A stretch of 64,000 bases of DNA from Octopus sinensis (taxonomy: Eukaryota): contig NC_043000.1 in the NCBI RefSeq assembly GCF_006345805.1, forward strand, positions 14,446,001 to 14,510,000, read 5' to 3'. This document shows positions 37,050 through 50,757 of the stretch, piece after piece (position 1 is the first letter of the stretch; each line of letters opens with the position of its first letter). The position numbers were made by a program, and so were the translations under genes. The notes beneath the pieces were generated by a model. It was not told where the DNA came from. It made no database searches and worked only from the letters and a program-made list of their open reading frames with translations.

Positions 37050-37445
37050 AGGCAGCGAACTGGCAGAAACATTAGCACACCGGGCGAAATGCTTAGTGGT
37101 ATTTCATTTGTGTTTACATGAGTTCAAATTCCGCTGAGGTTGACTTTGCCTTTCATTCTTTCGGGGTCGATAAATTAAGTACCAGTTGCGCACTGGGGTC
37201 GATATAATCGACTTAATCCATTTGTCTGTCCTTGTTTGTCCCTTCTGTGTTTAGCCCCTTGAGAGTAGTAAAGAAATAGGTATTTCATTTGTGTTTACAT
37301 TTTGAGTTCAAATTCTGCTGAGGTCGACTTTGCCTTTCATCCTTTCGGGGTTGATAAATTAAGACCCAGTTGTGTATTCGGGTTGATCTAATCGACTGGC
37401 CCCCTCCCCAGATGGTTTGGGCCTTGTACCTAGAGTAGAAAAGAA
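37050..37445 (+). mobile_element. dimeric group B SINE
   Basis: Two units inside one 16-bp TSD tatttgatacacttta. Confidence 0.85.
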
Positions 37446-37904
37446 TATTTGATACACTTTATTTCTTGAAAAGAGTGACGTTACAAGCGTGGTCTTCTCA
37501 TGTCTAGCCACAAACGCTTTGCAAACATTTATGGAAGATACCTATGTGTTCTATATGGAGCCAGGTCTTAGGTTTGTAACATGAAATAGAAACAATTGCA
37601 GTCTAATACATATCAACTTCTGTCTAAAGTCACATTGAGAGTCAAGGTGAAGTTTGCCAACAAAATGAGTAACCAGCCTGTTCAGGATTAGACAACCCAG
37701 GATTTTGCCAGCAATAGAAAGAAGGAAAATGCCATGATAATAATTCCAAATTGCTCTGCTTCCTTTATTTATGTAAAGATGCTTGATGGAAGCATCTCTA
37801 AAGTCTCAGAGAACATGACTGTTGCTCTATGTAAGTGAAATGAGTTCCAAAAGTTTAAAATGCAATTCCCGGTTACCTTATTTATAGACTTCAGGATGTA
37901 TACC

Positions 37905-38137
37905 TATTTCTTTACTACCCACAAGGGGATAAACACAGAGGAGACAAACAAGGACAGACAGACAGATTAAGTTGATTATATTGACCCCAGTGCATAACTG
38001 GTACTTAATTCATCGATCCCAAAAGGATGAAAGGCAAAGTCGACCTCGGCGGAATTTCAACTCAGAATGTAACTGCAGACGAAATATCGCTAAGCATTTC
38101 ACCCAGTGTGCTAACGATTCTGCCAGCTCACCGCCTT
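37905..38137 (-). mobile_element. SINE group B
   Basis: 15-bp TSD ttcaggatgtatacc. Confidence 0.9.
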
Positions 38138-38794
38138 TTCAGGATGTATACCATTCTGACAAGAAGACTTCTCATATAACATTCATTTGATTGTAGTGTG
38201 AACTTCATTAAGTTTAAGTTAATTAGCAAGTTATAAGATTTCTGACCTTTCTCAAACTGATGAAAAAAATATTCTCATCAACTGATGAGAGAAGACACAC
38301 GGTTACCATTACATAATGTGGAGAAGCCATGTATTTTATCTACAGCAAGATATCGCTGCTTGTCCTTGGCATAAAGAGGGTACCTTTCTACCCTCTTAAA
38401 TTTTCCACCCAATTAGTTGAAAGGACTTTTCCTCACTTTTCCTCCTTTTTTGTTCTTTTTTGTCTTGCAAGTTACTTGGCAACCTCGCTGGTATCAATGG
38501 CATAAAAATGCACCCAGTACACACTGCAAAAGGGGGTTGGCATTAGGAAAGACGTCCAGTCATAGAAACCATGTCAAAACCTTGTCAAAAATAAGGTGGT
38601 GAGCTGGAAGAGGCGTTAGCATGCCGGGCGAAATGCTTAGTGACATTTCGCCCGTTGCTACGTTCTGAGTTCAAATTCCGCCGAGGTCGACTTTGCCTTT
38701 CATCCTTTTGGGGGTCAATAAATAAAGTACCAGTTATGCACTGAGGTCGATGTAATCGACTTAATCCCTTTGTCTGTCCTTGTTTTCCCCTTCT

Positions 38795-39096
38795 TGTTTG
38801 CAAATGCAAATGCAAATATATGGGAAAATACCACCTGTGTCATCTCTTGTGAAAGGTAGGAGAGTCCAGTTTGCTGGACTTTGTTGTAGAGCTGAAAAAG
38901 AAGTAATTTCTACTCTTCTCCTCTGGAAGCCATCTACTCGCAATACCAGAGGGCGCACACTCTCCTACCCTGATGTAATCTCCAGGGATACAGGCATCCA
39001 GCAACAGGACCTCCGTAATGCCATGATGGACCGTGAAATCTGGCGTAGCATGGTAAATTCCATTGTCTCGACCATGGTCGAACAATGATGATGATG
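38795..39096 (+). mobile_element. RTE/RTEX-like LINE 3' end inserted in a group B SINE (38594-39140)
   Basis: YGKIPPVS...RRVQFAGLCCR...LLLWKP...AMMDREIWR; TCGACC-AT-GGTCGA hairpin, (GAT)n tail; TSD ccccttct. Confidence 0.8.
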
Positions 39097-39739
39097 TTGC
39101 CCCTTCTATGTTTAGCCCGTTGTGGGCAATAAAGAAATAAGAAACCATGTCAAAACTTAGACGAAGCACAATGCAGCCCTGCAACTCACTGAATCCTGTC
39201 AAACTGTCCAACACACACCAGCACGGAAAACAGACGTTAGATAATAATGACAATGACGACAACAAGGAGGAGGAGGAGGAGGAGGAGGAGGGGGGCAGTA
39301 TTCAGATTGGTCCAAAAGTACTCCTTCCATCATTGTAAGATATCGTTTGTTTTGTTTTGGTTTTTTTTTTCAGTCAGCAGTTTTATGCCATGAGCAGTCA
39401 AGACAATTGAATCACAGATTTGTTCTCCATAAATATTTTTCAATCTGTGACAGAGAGTATTAAGTGGTATTACAGAATGCTTATCTACCAACATGTGTAT
39501 TTCTTATGTCCCTACACACTATTGTTAGGTGAATAGTCACGCAATGCTAGGTTCAGTCATTTCTCTTCCTAGATCTTATTTGTCCTTTGGGGTTTCTTAG
39601 CAACTTCCTCCTCACTAGACTAATAACCTTTTAGGGTGTGCGCTGGTCTAGTTGTTGGAGACTCAACCATACAATAGGTCATATTGGATTATATGTTATC
39701 AGCAATACTGAAGTGAGCTGAGAAGAAATGAACGAACAA

Positions 39740-39818
<79 letters not shown>

Positions 39819-39885
39819 ACACACACACACAGAGACTCATTACAAAATACACAAGCTATTTCACATGCATTATGGAAAACGATGT

Positions 39886-40116
39886 TTAACCCTTCAGCAT
39901 TTAAACCGGTCATATCTGGCCGAAATATTCTACTTGTTTTGTGTTCAAACTGACCAGATCTGGCCTTTCACACCAATCCTACAATATCATTTCCAAAACT
40001 TAATGGTTGCCTCTTCAAAATCTCATAGCTACAAGATAATACATGATTAATTCAAAACAATGTGAATAAATGAGCATTACATTTGACAGAATAATCTGAA
40101 TGCTAAAAGGGTTTAA
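39886..40116. mobile_element. piggyBac-type MITE (second family)
   Basis: TTAA-CCCTTCAGCATT...AATGCTAAAAGGG-tTTAA. Confidence 0.8.
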
Positions 40117-40119
40117 AAC

Positions 40120-40635
40120 ATCAACCAAGAGGATGGTCAAAGCTTCATTATAAAGACACCTTGAAAAAAATCCCTCCAGAAATGTGACATTACTGAAGGA
40201 CAATGGGAAATCGTGGCCATGAACAAGTCTGAGTAGAGGCTGGCAATTCACAAGGGAAAATGAAACCCAAGTCAGCCAACTGGAAAAGCATGTGGCAAGG
40301 CGGCAAGCTGGCAGAAACGTTAGCACACTGGGCGAAATGCTTTGTGGTATTTTGTCCGCTGCTACGTTCTGAGTTCAAATTCCACCGAGGTCGACTTTGC
40401 CTTTCATCCTTTCAGGGTTGATTAAATAAGTACCAGTTATGCACTGGTGTCAATATAATCGACTTAATCTGTCTGTCCATGTTTGTCCTCTCTGTGTTTA
40501 GCCCCTTGTGGGTAGTAAAGAAATAGAAAACTAGAACCAACACAGCAGAGTGTTTCATCATGTGTCTAGTATGCAGCTGCCATAGGGCATCAGAGTTTGG
40601 CCTCAGATTTCACATGATGGTACACAAATGAATAA
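40120..40635 (+). mobile_element. decayed RTE (BovB-like) 3' end interrupted by a group B SINE (40298-40525)
   Basis: RGWSKLHYKDTLKK, WEIVAMNKSE, then CLVC...GLRFHMMVH finger. Confidence 0.6.
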
Positions 40636-41054
40636 AGTACTAGGCTGAACATTATTGACCACAAAAGTTGACCATTCATTCATTTATTTCTATTTACATC
40701 TACAGTCAAAGCCATAAATGAATCATTCCTAAAAATTGAATTTCAGGAATCAGTTATAAATATGAGTTGAAGAAATATTTTGTCTTTCCAGAAATGTTTG
40801 ACTATTCCCAAAGGTGCTATTGATATAAACAGTAGAATCTAGATATATAATATATATTACACGCCAGGCAAAATGCATAGCAGTGTTCCATCAGTCTTTA
40901 CATTTTGAGTTCAAATTCCGCCGAGGTTGACCTTGCCTTTCATCCTTTCAGGGTTGATAAGTTAAGTACCAGTTGTGTACTGGAGCCAATCTAATCGACT
41001 GGCCCCTTCCTCAAAAATTTCGGGCCTTGTGCCTTGGGTAGAAAAGTATATATA

Positions 41055-41102
<48 letters not shown>

Positions 41103-41482
41103 TGTGTGTGTATATACATATGAATATATATGTATATACACACTATATAAATGTGAGTGTATGTGGTTATGTATGTGTGTTTAGCACATAATGATCCTGA
41201 AACGGTGCATCTTTGATAAAACGAATTTGATTTTCGAAATTTGCCTTCCACAGTCAATGTTGTTTTTAAACAATAAAAATAATATAATTTGCTATGAGAG
41301 AATACTCAACTTCTAGATTGACAATTCCATCACTCTCTGTCTATCACTCTCCATCTATCTCTCTCTCTAGATTTACCATACTCTTTGACACTCACTGTCT
41401 TTGTATATTTATGAATATATTCATGAATAACTTACATTTTGTTTAAAACCTCGTTATCTAATGTTTGCTTTCATTTTATGAT

Positions 41483-41692
41483 ACTCTTTTACTCTTTTAC
41501 TTGTTTCAGTCATTTGACTGTGGCCATGCTGGAGCACCGCCTTTAGTCGAGCAGATCGACCCCAGGATTTATTCTTTGTAAGCCTAGTACTTATTCTGTC
41601 AGTCTCTTTTGCCGAACCGCTAAGTGATGGGGACGTAAACACACCAGCATCAGTTGTCAAGTGATGTTGGGGGGACAAACACAGACACGCAA

Positions 41693-41727
<35 letters not shown>

Positions 41728-41900
41728 CATATATACGATGGGCTTCTTTCAGTTTCAGTCTACCAAATCCACTCACTGGGCTTTGGTCAGCTCGAGGCTG
41801 TAGTAGAAGACACTTGCCCAAGGTTCCACGCAGTGGGACTGAACCCAGAACCATGTGGTTGGTAAGCAAGCTACTTACCACACAGCCACTCCTGTGCCTG
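41483..41900 (-). mobile_element. SINE group A, full length
   Basis: Complete structure. Confidence 0.9.
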
Positions 41901-42239
41901 TATATAGACATATATATAGACATTTATGTGTGTGTGTGAGCATGCTATTTTGTCTTTCACCAGTTGAGTGAAGTAGTGTTGGTGTTGTCATTTCTTGTTG
42001 ACCAACGACTTCACTCTCAGAGCTTTTGAAGGTCTGTGGAATATAAAAATTCCTTACCCGAAAAACAAAAGAGTGTTAATAAAAGTAAGTGCGCCCATCC
42101 TTAAAGTCTTAAAGTCAAAACTATCCAAGCCATATTAGTATGGAAAAACAGTTGTAAAACAAACAAGTTGTACATTATACATACATACATGCATACACAC
42201 ATGTTGAGTATGCACACTGACATTTCACAACCATTGAAT

Positions 42240-42535
42240 CATACTGGCTTCATTCCTTGTGAGCTTACACATGTCCTCAGCAGTCACAGCCCATGTTTCA
42301 CTGCCATGTAGCATGGCTGTTTGTATACACATGCATCATACTATCTACCTTTTACTCTGAGCAAGAGGCCCTTTGTAATCAGCAGAGGTAAGAGCTCTCT
42401 GAACTTTGCCCAGGCTATTCTTATTCTAGCTGCTACACTTTCAGTACACTGTCCCTCGCTATTGACTTGGTCACCCAGGTAACGGAAGCTATCAACTACT
42501 TCTAGTTTTTCTCCCTGAAATGTGGCGGAAGTTGT
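42240..42535 (-). mobile_element. RTE LINE fragment (same family as 2936)
   Basis: FQGEKLEVVDSFRYLGDQV...RIRIAWAKFRELLPLL. Confidence 0.9.
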
Positions 42536-42593
<58 letters not shown>

Positions 42594-42602
<9 letters not shown>

Positions 42603-42867
42603 GTCTGGGGAGAGTCATTCCCTTCTGGTGCCCTACAACTCAACACACTCACTGGTAAAACCTCCATCCACTTCCCCCTATTCCTCCAAAATTCCTGCTG
42701 TGTCCTGCAGCCCTCTCAATAGTTTTGAGAGTCAAAATTATTGAAAAGGTTGCAAGATGCAACAAAAATTTTAGAGAAATAAAAAATAAATAAGTGGGAA
42801 CTCCATCGGTGAGTGTGTTAAACCACAAGGCACCAAAAGAGAATGACTCTCCCCAGACAAAACAGTA
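42594..42867. mobile_element. MITE with ~60-80 bp TIRs and TA TSD
   Basis: TGTCTGGGGAGAGTCATTC...GGTGCC...AACACACTCAC inverted at both ends. Confidence 0.8.
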
Positions 42868-42927
42868 TATGCTTTAACACACAAACTCACATAAAGAATC
42901 TTACAACCCAAATCCCAAAACGAAATA

Positions 42928-43491
42928 TATTGAGTTGTCCAGAAAGTTCGTGCCAATTTTTACAGGAAAGAAAAGGTCAATAAATACTTGCCATTACATT
43001 TTTAATCAACCAAATATGAACCATTTTGTTGCACAATGCGTCTCCATCTTTCCTTCAACTTGAAAATACCCTCTTCCCAGAATTGAGGTGGTTTCATGGC
43101 AAAGAATTCATCAAGGTATCTTTTTACGTCATCCAAGGAACTGAAATTTTTACCATTAAGACTATTCTGGAGAGACGTGAATAAGTGGAAATCCGAAGGA
43201 GCAATATCTGGTGAATATGGAGGGTGGGGTAACACATCCCAGCCGAGCTGCAGCAATTTTTGTCTGGTTCCCAAAGCATCAAGTGCCAAAAATGAACTTT
43301 CTTATCTTCCATTTTAAAGGGTTACAGAATTAACACAGGTTATAGAAACATAAATCTTCTTCCCTGAAAAGATAGCTTAAACTATGCTCTAAATGGAGGT
43401 GTAGTCAAATCCTATTTTATGGACTCAACCATTTTCTAAAATAAGTCGAAAAGGTAAGCTACTATAAATTGGCACAAACTTTCCAGACAAC

Positions 43492-43497
<6 letters not shown>
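42928..43497 (-). mobile_element. internally deleted mariner, copy 3
   Basis: TA TSD, TIRs, HPPYSPDIAPSDFHLF. Confidence 0.93.
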
Positions 43498-43529
<32 letters not shown>

Positions 43530-43531
<2 letters not shown>

Positions 43532-43752
43532 TGAGGGTGGGGGGGCTGAAAAGTTCTTGGCTTTGGGTAAAAGGAAATATAGGTGGATCAGTTACTTAAG
43601 ATTTTATTCAGCATATTCCATTCTCAGACTCGCATGCTTATTGCAGTGGCCCTTCAATTTTTCTAATCCCTGTAAAAGAACTCAGAAGGTTGGGACTCCA
43701 ACCACACTTTTCGTGATACCCTTAAAGTCAGGAAATTTTCAGTACCTCTTGT
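43530..43752. mobile_element. mariner-type MITE
   Basis: GCTGAAAAGTTCTTGGCTTT / AAAGTCAGGAAATTTTCAGT imperfect TIRs. Confidence 0.65.
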
Positions 43753-44037
43753 GTATATATGTTCCTTTATTCTTTTACTTGTTTCAGTCATTTGACTGTG
43801 GCCATGCTGGAGTATTGCTTTTTAGTCGAAAAAATCAACCCCAGGACTTATCCTTTGTAAACCTAGTACTCATTCCATCGGCCTCCCTTGCCGAACCACT
43901 AATGTACAGAAAACATAAACACACCAATATCAGTTGTTAATCGATGGTGGGGGACAAACACAGACAGACAAAAATACAATGTAATTATTCTTTGTCTTTC
44001 CAGGTTCCATTATATTAAACATTTGCAAAGAGTAACC

Positions 44038-44970
44038 ATGCCATGCACAAAAAATTCAGCAGAACTGTCAGCTTTTCAAAGAGGTTGTATTGTTGGGCAA
44101 TCTGAGGCTGGTCTTTGCCAGCAAAAAATTATCGAAAATCTTCAAATTCCTCTTGCTACTGTAAATAGAATTATAGTGCAATTCAAAAGCCAAGGAAAGA
44201 ATCAACAGATTCTCATCCTGTCCGACCTGGGCCCTTGAAAAGGAAGCTTCACTGTTTGAAGAGAATTGTGGAAAAGAAATCCCGTTCCAAGGCTTCTGAT
44301 ATTGCAAAACAGCTAGAAGTTAGTCCAAGAACGTGTGTTACATATCTGCATAAGCTTGGATATTATGGAGGAGCCGCTAGAAGAAAACCTCTCCTTCAAC
44401 CAATTAATATCATGAAAAGAAAGAAATGAGGAGATGCCAGAAAAATCCAGTTCATTTTGGGATAGAGTGATTTTCTCAGATGAACCCAGATTTGCATTAT
44501 TTTCAGACAGTGGACGTGTTTGGGTCTGGAGGCTTCCCAATCAAGAATTTGATTTGAAATGACTCCAACCAACTGTGAAACATGGCAGTATCTCTGTAAT
44601 GGTATGGGGAGCTGATTGAATGTGTTGGAACCATAAACTCTGAAAAATACATCGAAATACTTAAGCAAGGACTACTTCCGACGTATTCACACAATAACAT
44701 AACGAAAAATAAGTTTTTATTCATGGAAGATGGGGCTCCATGCCACACAGCGAAAAGGAATCAACAATGGGTGACTGAAAATGGGATGAAAAAGCTTCCT
44801 TGGCCCAGCCAATCTCCTGACATGAACCCAATTGAAAATCTTTGGAGTATACAAGATAGAGCTATATGAAAAACTTAACAGAAACCTAAATCTCAAGGTG
44901 AATTCTTTCGATTGTTGCATGAAAAGTGGGCAGAAATTCCACAAAGCTCATCACTTCAATGCCAAAAAGA
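44038..44970 (+). mobile_element. Tc1 (DD34E) transposase pseudogene
   Basis: ELSAFQRGCIVG, AARRKPLL, VIFSDEPRF, EDGAPCH, WPSQSPDMNPIENLW; several stops and frameshifts. Confidence 0.92.
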
Positions 44971-44971
44971 C

Positions 44972-45461
44972 ATGACATAGCGAGGTGATTTGCCAGAGCA
45001 GGATCAATCCATAACATTACATGACATGTCAGATTCGCCAGAGGGGCAGGGCCAATCCATAACATTACATGACATGTCGAAGATTCGGCAGAGGAGCAGA
45101 CAAAACCCATAACATTACATGACATGTCGGAGATTTGCCAGAGGGGCAGGGCCAATCCATAACATTACTTGGCATGTAGGGATTCACCAGAGGGACAGGG
45201 TCAATCCATAACGTTACATGACATGTCAGGGATTCGCCAGAGGGTCAAACCGAGCTCATAACATTACAGGACATGTCGGAGATTCGCCAGAGGGGCAGGA
45301 CCAATCCATAACATTACTTGGCATGTAGGGATTCGCCAGAAGGACAGGGCCAATCAATAACGTTACATGACATGATATGTCAGGGATTTGCCAGAGGGGC
45401 AGACTGAATTCATAACATTATATGACATGTCAGAGATTTGCCAGAGGGGCAGACCCAATCC
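44972..45461. repeat. ~50-bp minisatellite, about 10 units
   Basis: Unit ccataacattacatgacatgtcggagattcgccagaggggcagggccaat. Confidence 0.95.
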
Positions 45462-46018
45462 ACACACACATGCATACACACATACATAGATACATACATA
45501 CATACATAAAATTATGGGCCTCACGAAGGCAAAGTGGTTGAGCTGAGCTCCTTTCGAGTGTTGGGTCTCATGGAGGCAATGACCAAGACCCTTGAGAAGA
45601 AAACTCATTAAGCCAAGTAAAATAGGAGTCGTGGCAGATACCTGTGTCACACAAATGGCCCCTATGCTGATGGTTTGTAAAAGCACCCATTACACTCTTG
45701 GAGAGGTTGGCATTAGGAAGGGCAACCAGCCATAGAAACCATGCCAAATCAGACTGGTGCAGCCTTCTAGCTTTCCAGCCCTGGTCAAGCCATCCAACCT
45801 ATGCCAGCATGGACAACGGATGCTAAATGAGGATGATGATGATGATGAATACTATTGTATAATTTATAAAATTGGACTTACTGGATTTTAATTGTATCAG
45901 ACTATATGTTACACTCCTTTGCTTTGTTTGGTTTACAATGTGGTTTGTAGCCTGATCCTTTAAAGGAGCCTTTTTTATGAGTACCACCAAATTAGTTAAA
46001 TCCATATATTGTCCATCA

Positions 46019-46051
<33 letters not shown>

Positions 46052-46089
<38 letters not shown>

Positions 46090-46138
46090 CAGACAGACAG
46101 ACAGACAGATAGACAGAGAGATTGATAGACAGACAGAC

Positions 46139-46188
<50 letters not shown>

Positions 46189-46330
46189 GTAGATAGATAG
46201 AGAGATAAACAGATAGATAGAGAGATAAACAGATAGATAGAGAGATAGAGAGATAAAGAGATAGATAGATAGATAAATAGATAGAGAGATAGATAAATAG
46301 ATAGATAGATAGATAGATAGAAAGAGATAT
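46052..46330. repeat. (AG)n/(AGAC)n/(AGAT)n microsatellite
   Basis: Directly visible. Confidence 0.97.
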
Positions 46331-46339
46331 ATATATATA

Positions 46340-46737
46340 CTAGCAGTATCACCCCGGCGTTGCTCGAGTTTGTAAGGGAAATAACTATATAAGCATTTTT
46401 AGAGAGTTATAGCCAAAAAATAGCAAAAAAATGCATTAAAAATGGAAAAAAAATTATGGTAAATTTTTTTTTAAATCGTTGACTCATCGTAGACATTTTT
46501 AGAGAGTTACTTCCCTTACATAATAGCGAAAAATGCCTTAAAATGGGAAAAAATGATGGTGAATTTTTTTTTAAATCGTAGACTCATCGTAGATGCACAC
46601 TAATACCCAGAAGGGCTTGATATGAATCACGACTATAAGATATCCGGTTTTAGTTAAACTGCACCGCAAAATGTGGGAGTAGTTAGGAATCTAAATCGTA
46701 GGAGACAGACACACAACTTCTCTTTTATATATAAAGA
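46340..46737 (-). mobile_element. non-autonomous Helitron (family 3)
   Basis: TC...CTAG termini and subterminal hairpin; homologous to 51508-52010. Confidence 0.8.
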
Positions 46738-46739
46738 TA

Positions 46740-46790
<51 letters not shown>

Positions 46791-46808
46791 AGATAGATAG
46801 ATAGATAG

Positions 46809-46841
<33 letters not shown>

Positions 46842-47603
46842 TATGAGTTCTATTTTTTGTTTGCATCCCCAGAGTTATATACACACATATCATAATCATA
46901 ATCATCATTATCATCATTTAATTTGCATGCTTCTTGCTGGCATGAGCCCAAAGACTGCGCTATGCTCCAGTGTCTACTTTGGCAATGTTCCTTCTGCTTG
47001 ATGGTCTTCTTAATACCAACCACTTTACAGCATGTACTGGGTGGCTATTTCCATGCTACCCGCATAAGTGAGATTGCCATGCAGCTTGTAAAACTACAAA
47101 CCCCCAAAAGAGGTAGCTTTGTGCTAGGAAACGAGGGGTTAAAGCATGAGGGAAGGGGTCAAAGTAAAAAACAAGCTTCTTGTTGTTGAGGAGTTACATA
47201 GTTACATTTTGGAAGAGCAGGTGAGGGTGTGATTGGGGTGGAGTAGGGAAGAGATAAAAATAGCGGATGATAAGGTATCTGGGTGGACCTTCAAGTTATG
47301 AGGTGAGCAGAAGTGAATAGGGGCAGATGAACCAAAAGTTTGGGTGGCTAAAGGTCGCAAGAGGGGTGAAAGATGGAGAGTGGGTGAGGGGATGCATGTG
47401 ATGAATGAAGAACAACTGTTGAATGGATGATAAAGAAGGGAGGTAGGGAAGAGTAGGTGACAACTGTAGAGATTGGATAGGGTTGAGAGGTGGATGTAGT
47501 GAATGGTGGATAAGGGGTGGAGGATGACTAATGATGCATGGATATGAAAAGTAGCAGAATAGTGAAGCTGGCACAGTAGACCAAGGAGAGTGAGAAAGAG
47601 AGA

Positions 47604-47657
<54 letters not shown>

Positions 47658-47745
47658 GGTGGTGGTGAGATGATTAGGTAGCTCTATGGGAATGGTCGCT
47701 GTAAAATGTGGGTGGAGAGGGCGGATATCACGTGAAATGATTCTG

Positions 47746-48134
47746 GGTAGTGAGAAAAATTAGTAGTATCAAGGAAAAGCTACACTCAAAGAGATGAGAG
47801 GTGGTGAGGGTGTTGCAAGGGAGAAATTTGGCCAATTGCCCAGTTGTGCATATATGTATATATCATCATCATCATCATCATCACCACCACCACCACCACC
47901 ACCACCACCACCACCATCACCACCATCATCAACATCATCATCAGCAGCAGCATCATCATCATCATCAGCATCAGCATCACCAACACCATCATCATAATCA
48001 TCATCATCATCAGCATCACCACCACCACCATCATCACCACCATCAACACCATCATCATCAGCAGCAGCATCACCACTACCACCACTACCAACATCATCAT
48101 CATCATCATCATCATCGTCATCATCATCACCACC

Positions 48135-48168
<34 letters not shown>

Positions 48169-48416
48169 TCATCACCACCACCACCACCATCATCATCATC
48201 GTCACCATCGTCAGCCTTTAACGTCCATTTTCCATGCTGGTAAGAGCTGAATGGTTTGACCAGAGCTGGCGAGCCAGGGAGCTACACCAAGATTCAGTCT
48301 GACTTGGCTTGATTTCTACGGTTGGATACCCTTCCTAAATGTGTGTTCTGGGTGCTTTTGATGTGGCACCACTATGAGCACATGGCACGGACACAAGTGC
48401 TTTTTATATGGCACTG

Positions 48417-48454
<38 letters not shown>

Positions 48455-49048
48455 ACACACATATATATGTAACCCACAGTGCTTCCAGAAAATAGTTTCA
48501 TTGAGTTAGGCAAGCTTTCTTGAAAACCTCATTATGCCAGTCATTCTGGTCCTTATCTGTGAGGTTAAAGGTCCTGAGATAAACCTTCACCCCTTTGTTC
48601 CATCTCTCCCTGGATCTCCCGCTTATGCAAACTCTATCAACATCATGTGAATGCCATTTCTTTATATAGCTGTCTTTATCCATAGGCATCACATGTCCAT
48701 ACCAGCACTGTCTTCTTTCTTGAATGCTACCTATGATTCCGTCAGCCCTCCTGGTGACGTTGATGATCGCCTGGGGCTAAATGCATCAGTAACACCCCCA
48801 CCGCCCTGCCCTGTCCCTAGCCTCATTCAGATGGCTGATGTCCCTTATGTCTTTTACACTCAGTTTTTCTCTTAACAAATTTGTACTTTGCTGTTCATGT
48901 AGCTCCCTGGCTCGCCAGCTCTGGTCAAACCATTCAGCTCTTACCAGCATGGAAAATGGACGTTAAAGGCTGACGATGGTGATGATGATGATGGTGGTGG
49001 TGGTGGTGGTGGTGGTGATGGTGATGCTTCTGCTGCAGATGATGATGG

Positions 49049-49082
<34 letters not shown>

Positions 49083-49084
49083 GA

Positions 49085-49118
<34 letters not shown>

Positions 49119-49333
49119 GGTGGTGGTGGTGATGCTGCTGCTGCTGCTGCAGATGATGATGGTGATGATGGTGGTGATGATGGTGGTGGTGGTGGTGGTG
49201 ATGATGATGATGATGATATATACATATATGCACAACTGGGCAATTGGCCAAATTTCTCCCTTGCAACACCCTCACCACCTGTCATCTCTTTGAGTGTAGC
49301 TTTTCCTTGACTCTACTAATTTTTCTCACTACC
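47746..49333. repeat. local inverted duplication (arms 47746-48286 and 48898-49333)
   Basis: Unique flanks nearly identical in reverse complement; internal (CAT/CAC)n lengths differ. Confidence 0.92.
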
Positions 49334-49586
49334 ATTGTACATCCAATGCTTCATTTATTTCCAGTCTTCTCAAATCCTCTGATTCCAAGGTCCATGCCTC
49401 ACAACCATGCAGCAGTGCAGTCCTAACACAAGTGTCAGTCATACAGTCTGCTATTCAATCTGAGAGAAGAGACTTATGTTGCTAGCCATAGTAGAACCTC
49501 CTGGAAATTTTTCCAGCATGTTCTCATTCAGTGAAACCACCACCCCTACTAATTACGTTACCTAGCCAACAAATACTATCAACTAC

Positions 49587-49985
49587 TTACTCTTTTACTC
49601 TTTTACTTGTTTCAGTCATTTGACTGCGGCCATGCTGGAGCACCACCTTTAGTCGAGCAAATCGACCCCGGGACTTATTCTTTGTAAGCCCAGTACTTAT
49701 TCTATCGGTCTCTTTTGTCGAACCGCTAAGTGACGGGGACGTAAACACGTCAGCATCGGTTGTCAAGCGATGCTAGGGGGACAAACACAGACACACAAAC
49801 ACACACATACACATATATATATACATATATACGGCAGGCCTTCTTTCAGTTTCGTCTACCAAATCCACTTACAAGGCATTGGTGCCGGGGCTATAGCAGA
49901 AGACACTTGCCCAAGATGCCACGCAGTGGGACTGAACCCGGAACCATGTGGTTGGTTAGCAAGCTACTTATCACACAGCCACTCC
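49587..49985 (-). mobile_element. SINE group A, full length
   Basis: Complete structure. Confidence 0.9.
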
Positions 49986-50140
49986 AACTTCTAGAAAAAT
50001 ATCAGGGGTATTTAAGAAAATTTGTTTTTGATGGGTTCAAAGTGCAACTGTTCTTTTCTACTATAGGCACAAGGCCTGAAATTTGGGGTAGGAGTAAATT
50101 GATTATATCGACCCCAATATTCAACTGGTATTTGATTTAT

Positions 50141-50373
50141 AAGGCGGCGAGCTGGCAGACTCGTTAGCGCCCTGGGCGAAATGCTTATTGGTATTTCGTC
50201 TGCCGCTACGTTCTGAGTTCAAATTCCGCCGAGGTCGACTTTGCCTTTCATCCTTTCGGGGTCGATTAAATAAGTACCAGTCACGCACTGGGGTCGATAT
50301 AATCGACTTAATCCCTTTGTCTGTCCTTGTTTGTCCTCTCTGTGTTTAGCCCCTTGTGGGTAGTAAAGAAATA
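50141..50373 (+). mobile_element. young group B SINE nested in an older minus-strand group B SINE
   Basis: 14-bp TSD ggtatttgatttat. Confidence 0.9.
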
Positions 50374-50718
50374 GGTATTTGATTTATCAATCCCCGAAAG
50401 AATGAAAGGCAAAGTCAACTTCAGCGGAATTTGAACTCAGAACATAGCAATCCAGTGCATCTGTCCTGTATGAATCTTCTTTTCTCTGTTAGTCTGTCTT
50501 TGTTTCATCATCATTAGGATTCCCTTTTGTATATTCATAGCTGACATCATGCATAGTATATGGAGTTTATACCTATACCTTCCTGCATATCAAGGCAAGG
50601 CCATGTGCCAGGAGATACCAGGGTCCTGTCCTCTTTCCTACTTACTAAGATCTTAGACTTTGCTAAGCTTGCCTTGAGGCCTCTCAATTCTTAGTTTAGC
50701 TTCTACATTTGGAATTTC

Positions 50719-50757
<39 letters not shown>

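Noticed and set aside
44972-45461. CRISPR-like array
   Set aside because: Whole units repeat with no unique spacers; eukaryotic context and no cas genes
47786-49293. Poly-His, poly-Met and poly-Pro ORFs
   Set aside because: Translations of (CAT/CAC)n tails in the inverted duplication
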